DNA of 64,000 nucleotides, taken from positions 706 through 64,705 of IMG/VR virus record IMGVR_UViG_3300046461_000123. One strand, written 5' to 3'. Position numbers and translations under genes: made by a program. The notes under the pieces were generated by a model. That model saw only the letters and a list, made by a program, of their open reading frames with translations, had not been told where the DNA came from and did no database searches. This stretch comes from a virus (lineage: Duplodnaviria; Caudoviricetes). Within the stretch, counting starts at the first letter, position 1. Every line of letters starts with the position of its first letter. Below, piece by piece: positions 56,524 through 64,000 of this stretch.

Positions 56524-57522
56524 CTAGTTCAGCGTGGTGTCGAACGACATGTCGGCGAGCATGTAGAGCACGTCCTCCCACGAACTCGTGCCCATCGCTA
56601 CCGTGTAGACCTCCGCGGGCAGGAACGCTTCTTCATCGAGCCGGGCAGGCGCCACACCGATCAGCTTGGCGACCTCACGCATCAGGGCACGCGGATCCTT
56701 GTCTAGTGCTGCTTGCCAAGCATCGGCCGTGATCTGGTCGTCGGTGCTGCGGATGGGCGGCAGCTCGTCCACGTTGTCCGGATCGCGCTCGGTGGGCAGC
56801 GCGTCCCAGTCGATGCGCACGATCGCGTCGCCCAGCTCGCACAGGTACACGCTGTCCTGCGTCTCGTGCTTGCCATGCTGGCACTCGTAGCCCACGCTGA
56901 TGTTCGTGCACTCGGGAATGATGTCGATGAAGTTCGCCGTGTCGGTGAACACACCCCCATCGCTCGGCATGTACAGCAGGCCCTGGTCGTTCAGCTCGTC
57001 CACCAGCGCTGCAGCGAACTCGTCCGATGCGCATCGACCGCCCATCTGGTGCGTGATCACGTCGCTGAAACCTGCGCGGTCGAACGCAATGGCGCGGTCG
57101 AACTCGCTCAGCAGGCTCGAATGCTCCTTGGCCAAGTACATCGAGCCGATGCCGCCGCACTCCTCCCCTCTACAGAAGATGTAGTAGCCGGGCACGTTGT
57201 TGTCCATCAGGTGCCCGAGCAGCGCGATGCCGGCGCCATCGTCCGCACCGAGCGTGTCCTCCTTCACGCTGTACACGCCCTCCTTGTCCACGATCCACGG
57301 GTTGACGATCCCCTTGCCGTGGGAGATCGTATCGGTATGGGCCACGAAGAGGGTGCGCGATCGACTGTTGCCGCGTCGATCGAAGTGGAGATTGCCCACG
57401 CCGTCGATCATGGTGACGCCGAACACATGCGCCAGATGCGCGACGAACTGCGCCTCGCCGATGGAGTCGGCCGCACGCTTGGTGCTGATGGCACGGATGA
57501 AGAGTTTCAAGGTCATGTTCAC
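56524..57522 (-). CDS. M28/M20-like zinc peptidase
   Basis: AHTDT, LGADDGAG, GEECGGIGS, FDR, FTD, NISVGY..QH. Confidence 0.88.
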   Translation of the reverse strand: MNMTLKLFIRAISTKRAADSIGEAQFVAHLAHVFGVTMIDGVGNLHFDRRGNSRSRTLFVAHTDTISHGKGIVNPWIVDKEGVYSVKEDTLGADDGAGIALLGHLMDNNVPGYYIFCRGEECGGIGSMYLAKEHSSLLSEFDRAIAFDRAGFSDVITHQMGGRCASDEFAAALVDELNDQGLLYMPSDGGVFTDTANFIDIIPECTNISVGYECQHGKHETQDSVYLCELGDAIVRIDWDALPTERDPDNVDELPPIRSTDDQITADAWQAALDKDPRALMREVAKLIGVAPARLDEEAFLPAEVYTVAMGTSSWEDVLYMLADMSFDTTLN

Positions 57523-57525
57523 GGT

Positions 57526-57749
57526 TCATTCCTTTTCAATTACGGTCCAGCCGAGCGCCCTGAGCACCTTGGTGATGGCCGGGTCGGGCATGAGCCCGGT
57601 GCGGGTGACGGTCTTGTTGGCGTGGTCTATGCAGTAGGTGGATGCCACCCGCGGCACGAACCAGATGCCACCCTGGCGGATGCGCTCGAGATGCGCGTGT
57701 GTCCACGCCATCGCGAGCACCATGCCTTGCGGCGTGTCGATGTCCCAGT

Positions 57750-57753
<4 letters not shown>
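57526..57753 (-). CDS. Hypothetical protein
   Basis: 75 aa, GGIWFVPR. Confidence 0.55.
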
Positions 57754-59216
<1,463 letters not shown>

Positions 59217-59311
59217 TTTCCATTTTCCTTTTGATGGGTTGACTGTATGTCAACTGAATGTGTACTTCTATACATTAACAGGGCGCCGTTGGCCCCGGCG
59301 AACTGCTCCTT

Positions 59312-59614
59312 TCAGTGCTTGCGGTTGAAGAGCTTGCGGACAAGCCGCCAGATGTAGCGCACGAACGTGATGTGCGGGATCTCGAACAAGTCGGTCTCCT
59401 CGTCCTGCACCAGCGAGTAGCGGTTGCCCGCCGTGAACACGTCGCCGCCCCTGCGCAGGTGATACAGCGAGGCGCGATCCAGCGTGTGCCGCGCGCACCT
59501 GCGCCCCGGCAGGCTCGGGTGATCGACGTAGAAGATCAGCAAGTCCAGATCCGTCGCGCGGTGCGGCGTCCCGTTGATGTAGATGGTGGTCTTGAACTCG
59601 TCCGTCGTGTTCAC
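59312..59614 (-). CDS. Hypothetical protein
   Basis: 100 aa. Confidence 0.5.
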   Translation of the reverse strand: MNTTDEFKTTIYINGTPHRATDLDLLIFYVDHPSLPGRRCARHTLDRASLYHLRRGGDVFTAGNRYSLVQDEETDLFEIPHITFVRYIWRLVRKLFNRKH

Positions 59615-60045
59615 AGGATTGCCTTGTGTTGAAGTTGGATCGACTCGATCAGGGCGGCATGCCCGTAGGACCCGTTCTGCTCGTTGTATGCAGTGAACTG
59701 GAGCGTGCCTCTGTCGGTCTCGAGGTTCACGAACATCGTGGCCACTATCTCGTCGTCATCGTGGACTTGCGGCTCCTTCATGCGCATCTGCAGCGTGCGC
59801 ACGTTCAGGCTCGTGTCCACCAGCCTGACCGCGAGCAGCCGCGCACCGATGAACGCTCGCGTGTCGTCGTTGGTCATGAAGTAGCCCCAGTTCTCGCAGC
59901 AGTCCTGCTGCGAGGCGATGCCCATGCGCAGCGTCTGCGCCGTCGTGCTGATGGCAAACCCCTCGATGTCGATGCGCACACCGCGCTCGCTCGTGTCGGT
60001 CCAGCTGATGTGCTGGATGGCAGTGATGGTCTCGTGCAGGTTCAC
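59611..60045 (-). CDS. Conserved phage protein
   Basis: QDCCENWGY...YNEQNGSYGH motif; GTG start. Confidence 0.65.
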   Translation of the reverse strand: MNLHETITAIQHISWTDTSERGVRIDIEGFAISTTAQTLRMGIASQQDCCENWGYFMTNDDTRAFIGARLLAVRLVDTSLNVRTLQMRMKEPQVHDDDEIVATMFVNLETDRGTLQFTAYNEQNGSYGHAALIESIQLQHKAIL

Positions 60046-60239
60046 AGGGGTTGCTCCGGGTAGTAGCGGACATAGGCGACGCGCGCATAGCGTGCGTCGG
60101 GGGACTCGTTGGGGAAGCGCACGCGCGCTGCCATCTCGGCGGCGAGCTTGCTGGGGTAGCGCACGCCCGGCATGCCGAGCACGCGCCACAGCGTGACACA
60201 GCCGGCCTCGACAGGAATCGTTGCATCAGCGAGTTGCAT
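60042..60239 (-). CDS. Hypothetical protein
   Basis: 65 aa from MQLADAT. Confidence 0.45.
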   Translation of the reverse strand: MQLADATIPVEAGCVTLWRVLGMPGVRYPSKLAAEMAARVRFPNESPDARYARVAYVRYYPEQPL

Positions 60240-60250
60240 GGTGGTTGCTT

Positions 60251-60943
60251 TCACAGGTTGTGGAGGTGGACCGAGTTCTCCCGCGCCAACTGGCGGCAGG
60301 CGTCGATCCACTCTGCTATGGACGGGTGCGTGTGCAGGCCAGCGCTCTCGTCCGAAGCGCCCGCCGTGGTCGTGACCCACCATGCGGTCACGCGCTCGAG
60401 CCGCTGCGCGATGGCGTCCATGTCGTCCAGCGCCTCGGTCAGCGCTGTAGGCGCGTCGTCCGGCACGGCCGCGCGCAGCGCAGCATGGGCAGCGCGCACG
60501 CGCTCGATGGCTGGCGCCGCTATCGGAGCCCGGTGCTCCTCGCCGGTCTGCGCGTTCCAGTAACGCTTCATGCGCGTGCCGTACGCGCGCAGCGCATCCG
60601 TCAGGCTGGCGATGCGGGTCTTGAACTGGTATGCGGCGTTGGCACGCTCGCGCTTGCGCTCGCGCTCGTCCCTGTGCTCGGCTGCCATGCTCGGGCGCCC
60701 CTGTCGTCTGCGGGGCAGCCGGGCCTGGATCAACTGGGCCAGCGCGTCGGTCAGCTCGACCGCGAAGGCGGCGCAGGTATCTGGTGGGAACAGATACGGG
60801 GTTGACGTTGTGTCAACTGGCACCCGCAGCGCGTGGATGAGCGCCTTGGCAGCGCGCAGCACGGCAGTGTCGGTGGGGGTGAGACAGCCGGGCGGCAGCT
60901 GCGCGAGCAGCTCAGGGATGGAGGAACGGGGCTTCAGCTTCAC
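60251..60943 (-). CDS. Hypothetical protein with AT-hook-like RQGRPS and basic helix
   Basis: 230 aa; possible DNA binder. Confidence 0.5.
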   Translation of the reverse strand: MKLKPRSSIPELLAQLPPGCLTPTDTAVLRAAKALIHALRVPVDTTSTPYLFPPDTCAAFAVELTDALAQLIQARLPRRRQGRPSMAAEHRDERERKRERANAAYQFKTRIASLTDALRAYGTRMKRYWNAQTGEEHRAPIAAPAIERVRAAHAALRAAVPDDAPTALTEALDDMDAIAQRLERVTAWWVTTTAGASDESAGLHTHPSIAEWIDACRQLARENSVHLHNL

Positions 60944-61019
60944 GGAAGGGACCTTTCAAGGGGTAGGGCAGGGGTGGGCACGCAAAGGGCGTGTAGCGCG
61001 TTCTAGGGCGGGCGCGTGT

Positions 61020-62027
61020 CTAGTGCTGGGCGTGGTGGGGCGGGCTGACCCCGAGGCTGTCGAGTTCCGCCGCGGTCAGCGCCCACGGGTTGAACATGAT
61101 GCGGGGGTTGTATTGCGCAGCGAGCGCGCGCTGGTTGCACCCGCACAGGTAATCGAAGCGAGCGACCAGGGCGTCGTGGTACTTCTGAGCCAGGTAGGTG
61201 CGCACGTTCACGTTGAGCGCGTGCCAGATGGAATCCTTGAAGGCCGGGTTGCGCGGGCCACGGCGTGCAGCGCACTGCTCACGGATCGCTTCCTCGATGG
61301 CCTGCTGCGCGAGACTGGACTTGAGCTCCTCCTGAAAGGCGAGGAGCGGGCGCACGGCGTCGGGGTAAGGGGCAGCGTCGGCTTGGATACTGTGCATGGC
61401 GTCGTGGAAGGCGCCGCGCCACTCGCGCATCATCTTCAGCTCGGCAGCGGCGCCGCGCTTGCGCCCGTTGGTGGCGTAGGGCTGCCACATCGGACCGGTC
61501 TTGGAGTTGTGCTCGGCATAGGCGGCGAAGATGGCACCGATGCGGCGCACGATGTCCGGGTCTTCCCACTGCACCCAGCTGAGCGTGCCCGCGCAGCGGC
61601 CCGCCGCGCGCTCGTTGGCCACGACGACGCGCAAGGGCTGCGCATCGGCGAGCTTGTCCGGCAGGCACCAGTGCCCCTCGCGCTGCAGCGCGCTGTCCAG
61701 GCGCAGGAGGATCTCGTTGATGCGGCTTGCGTAGTGGCTGTGCAGTTGACTGATGTCAACCACGGGTTTGCCGGGCAGGGCCAGGGTGCGATCGTTGAAC
61801 TGGCGGCGCCGGAGTTGTTCGCGCACGGTGTGCTGCTCGCGCAGCAGGGGCACGCGCAGCAGGGTGGCTGCAGGGGTCCAGCGGTAGCGGCCGGCTGCGT
61901 GTTGTGCGACGGCAGGCACGAGCGCGCACCAGAGGGCATGGCACTGGCTGGGGGTCAGGGCGTCGGGCGTGCCGGTGAGGGCGGCGCAGGCGGCGTCGAA
62001 GGTGGGGCGGGTAAACATTGTCGTCAT
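61020..62027 (-). CDS. Hypothetical early protein
   Basis: 335 aa open frame with GC-rich third positions. Confidence 0.55.
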   Translation of the reverse strand: MTTMFTRPTFDAACAALTGTPDALTPSQCHALWCALVPAVAQHAAGRYRWTPAATLLRVPLLREQHTVREQLRRRQFNDRTLALPGKPVVDISQLHSHYASRINEILLRLDSALQREGHWCLPDKLADAQPLRVVVANERAAGRCAGTLSWVQWEDPDIVRRIGAIFAAYAEHNSKTGPMWQPYATNGRKRGAAAELKMMREWRGAFHDAMHSIQADAAPYPDAVRPLLAFQEELKSSLAQQAIEEAIREQCAARRGPRNPAFKDSIWHALNVNVRTYLAQKYHDALVARFDYLCGCNQRALAAQYNPRIMFNPWALTAAELDSLGVSPPHHAQH

Positions 62028-62202
62028 GAGGGCAGGATTTAGCTGTTTCCGGAAAAACACCACCCCCCAAATGGGAGGGTGTGATGGCTGTTGTTCTTGT
62101 ATTTTGTGTGTGTGTTTTATTTCTATGTCTACATCTATTCCTAATGGGGTGTAGATATATATAAGTACATTGGGTGGACTGCGCGGCGGTGGCTGCGCCG
62201 CG

Positions 62203-62215
62203 AATCAATGACTTA
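62203..62215 (+). promoter_or_regulatory. IHF consensus site
   Basis: AATCAATGACTTA matches WATCAANNNNTTR, next to an AT-rich tract. Confidence 0.6.
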
Positions 62216-62311
62216 CGTTAGGGGTTGGCGCAGTGTAAGGCCGCATAGTGCATCTCGTTACACTCCGGTGACGACCATGTGCGCCGTCACAATTACCGAC
62301 CGACGAAGACG

Positions 62312-62371
62312 ACTTCTCCGCTGAGTGGTTGTACGTAGATCACTTCTCAGTGGAGTGGTTGTACGTAGATC
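62312..62371 (+). repeat. 30-bp tandem direct repeat (2 copies)
   Basis: acttctccgctgagtggttgtacgtagatc / acttctcagtggagtggttgtacgtagatc. Confidence 0.9.
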
Positions 62372-62501
62372 GAGCGTGCTCGGCAGGCGCTAAGCACTTG
62401 TGCTGAGCCAATCACAATTGCGGATTGGCTGCGCGCGGTGCCGTTTGCGTAGCCGGCGAGATTGGGAACCCCTCTCCGGTGCGTACCCAGTTGACAGGCT
62501 G

Positions 62502-62864
62502 TCAACTGGGTTGCGGCGGGTTGAAATAGCTGCCGCAAAGGTACTGGCCGATGCTGTCGCCGAGCGTGACCGACTGGTTGCGCAGCGTGAAGCTGCTCCA
62601 TCGGCGCGGGTCGGTGCCGTCGAGGCGTGTCGTCTGCATGACACCGTAGCCACGGTCGCAGTCGTGGGCACGTACACGCAGGAGCCTGCGCTCCCAGGCA
62701 CCGCTCTTGGTCTTGAGCTGCATGATGGTCGTGGTGCCTTGCTGCGAGATCATCAGGGCGGAGTCGATCTGTAGCGAGGGACTGGCCTCGAGCCAGTCTG
62801 CGCGCGCGTTGAACGCTGCTGATGCGAGGGCGATGGCCAGCGTGATGAGGATGCGTGTGTACAA
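62502..62864 (-). CDS. Putative secreted protein
   Basis: TTG start after AGGAG; signal peptide ILITLAIALASAAFNARA; two Cys. Confidence 0.55.
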   Translation of the reverse strand: MYTRILITLAIALASAAFNARADWLEASPSLQIDSALMISQQGTTTIMQLKTKSGAWERRLLRVRAHDCDRGYGVMQTTRLDGTDPRRWSSFTLRNQSVTLGDSIGQYLCGSYFNPPQPS

Positions 62865-62881
62865 GGTAGTTCTCCTAAGAG

Positions 62882-63226
62882 TTAGTGGCGGGTTACGCCG
62901 AGGACAACGAGAAGCAGACAGAACAGAGCGCCGACAGGCATCGAGGCCACGGGCATGGCAGCGAGGCTCCAAAGGCCACAGATGAGCGAGATGACGCCAA
63001 AGAGCATGGCGGCACACAGGAGCAGGTATAGCGGGGCCATTACCGCAACCTTCAGGCCATCGAGGAAAGCCTGGGGGTTGGCGGCGATGGCCACCAGGGC
63101 GAACCAGAGACCGACGACAAACCATAGCCAGCCGACGACCAGCAGGCCGGGCAGGCCGAAGGTGAAGGCCGCCACGGTCAGCGAGAAGCAGCAGGCAAAG
63201 TAGAGTATTTCGCGGCGAGTGATCAT
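62882..63226 (-). CDS. Multi-TM membrane protein
   Basis: 114 aa, about four hydrophobic segments. Confidence 0.6.
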   Translation of the reverse strand: MITRREILYFACCFSLTVAAFTFGLPGLLVVGWLWFVVGLWFALVAIAANPQAFLDGLKVAVMAPLYLLLCAAMLFGVISLICGLWSLAAMPVASMPVGALFCLLLVVLGVTRH

Positions 63227-63269
63227 GGTGAATCCAGTAGTGAGTGGATGGGTTGCAGTTGACAGCGTG

Positions 63270-63449
63270 TCAACGCGGAGCGCGGAAGTCTTCCAGCAAC
63301 GCGCCGCCGTACCAGACGGTCAGACTGTGCAGCGGGTACGCAGCACGCATGGCAGTGAACAGGAGGTAGGCTCCCTCGCGCGTGTCGGTGTTGAAACGCA
63401 GGACGGCGCCTTGATGCTCGAGACGAATGTTATACATGTGTAACTCCAT
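63270..63449 (-). CDS. Hypothetical protein
   Basis: MELHMYNIRLEHQG...; start uncertain. Confidence 0.4.
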   Translation of the reverse strand: MELHMYNIRLEHQGAVLRFNTDTREGAYLLFTAMRAAYPLHSLTVWYGGALLEDFRAPR

Positions 63450-63484
63450 ACAAAGGAAAGCAGACGGCCCGCCGAAGCGGGCCG
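63450..63484 (-). terminator. UUCG-loop hairpin terminator
   Basis: Minus strand cggcccgc-TTCG-gcgggccg followed by tctgctttcctttg. Confidence 0.65.
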
Positions 63485-63511
63485 GGTTCAGTTGACAGCG
63501 TGTCAACCGGT

Positions 63512-64000
63512 TCAGGCGGCGAACGCACGCGCCACGGCGGCGAGGATCTCCTTACGCTCGAAGCCTTCGGCCTTCAGCGCATCGATCGCGGCTTGCAAGT
63601 CCTTCGCAACGCGCACCTTAGCCTTGACCTTTTGCGCTGCCGGCGCATCGCCGCCCACGACGGCGCGAGCGATGCGCGAGAGTCTCTGCGACACGGCGTT
63701 ATAGACAGCAAGCGCCTTCTCTTCGGTCGGCTTGCTCATGACTTCGGCATAGCCGGCATCGGCCCACACCGGGGCGCGCAGCGTGTCGCGCACGGCTTTC
63801 GCGTCGTCCACGTTGACCTTTTGCGACTTCAGGATGGTACGCAGGCCGAGCGCCACGGCGGTTGACGACGCGTCAACCGCACGACGCACCAGCTCGCCTT
63901 CGCGCCACGCCACGAGCAGCTGCGCCACGTTGGGCGCACCTTGCACGACAGCGGTGTACGCAGCCTTGGCCACATGCGCGGGTGCCGCGTCAGCGACGAT
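63512..64000 (-). CDS. Hypothetical Ala-rich early protein (5' end may lie outside window)
   Basis: Open frame runs to the window edge. Confidence 0.55.
   Translation of the reverse strand: MVADAAPAHVAKAAYTAVVQGAPNVAQLLVAWREGELVRRAVDASSTAVALGLRTILKSQKVNVDDAKAVRDTLRAPVWADAGYAEVMSKPTEEKALAVYNAVSQRLSRIARAVVGGDAPAAQKVKAKVRVAKDLQAAIDALKAEGFERKEILAAVARAFAA

Noticed and set aside
62312-62371. 30-bp repeats (and the 33-bp repeats at 2341) as a mini-CRISPR array
   Set aside because: Only two directly abutting copies with no spacer

Overview
The whole window is one GC-rich tailed dsDNA phage (Caudoviricetes, podovirus-like gene set; no tape measure, sheath or baseplate genes recognised). It has two convergent arms. 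The + arm (1-33.8 kb) holds putative TerS, TerL, portal, GroES, scaffold, capsid, a head-spike module, adaptor and nozzle, a tail fibre with C-terminal chaperone, and three internal/ejection proteins, the largest 2711 aa. The - arm (33.8-64 kb) holds primase-helicase, SNF2 helicase, Acb2 anti-CBASS sponge, exonuclease, PolA, VRR-NUC nuclease, a MoxR-like AAA/VWA pair, peptidases and many small early genes. Main observations: (1) an RcGTA-type head-spike base gene followed by three different fibre genes that all begin with MSTAFGLGFG, the third on a lower-GC, apparently inserted cassette; (2) two PEP-CTERM surface-protein genes behind an intact sigma54 + IHF + enhancer promoter; (3) two families of dispersed palindromic sites on the early/replication arm; (4) a recurrent [FYMH]-A-x-G-G motif and an internal CFI-box-like domain in late proteins. 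No integrase, endolysin, tRNA, CRISPR array or reverse transcriptase was recognised, and the genome may continue past 64000. All family calls come from motif recognition and gene order, not database searches.
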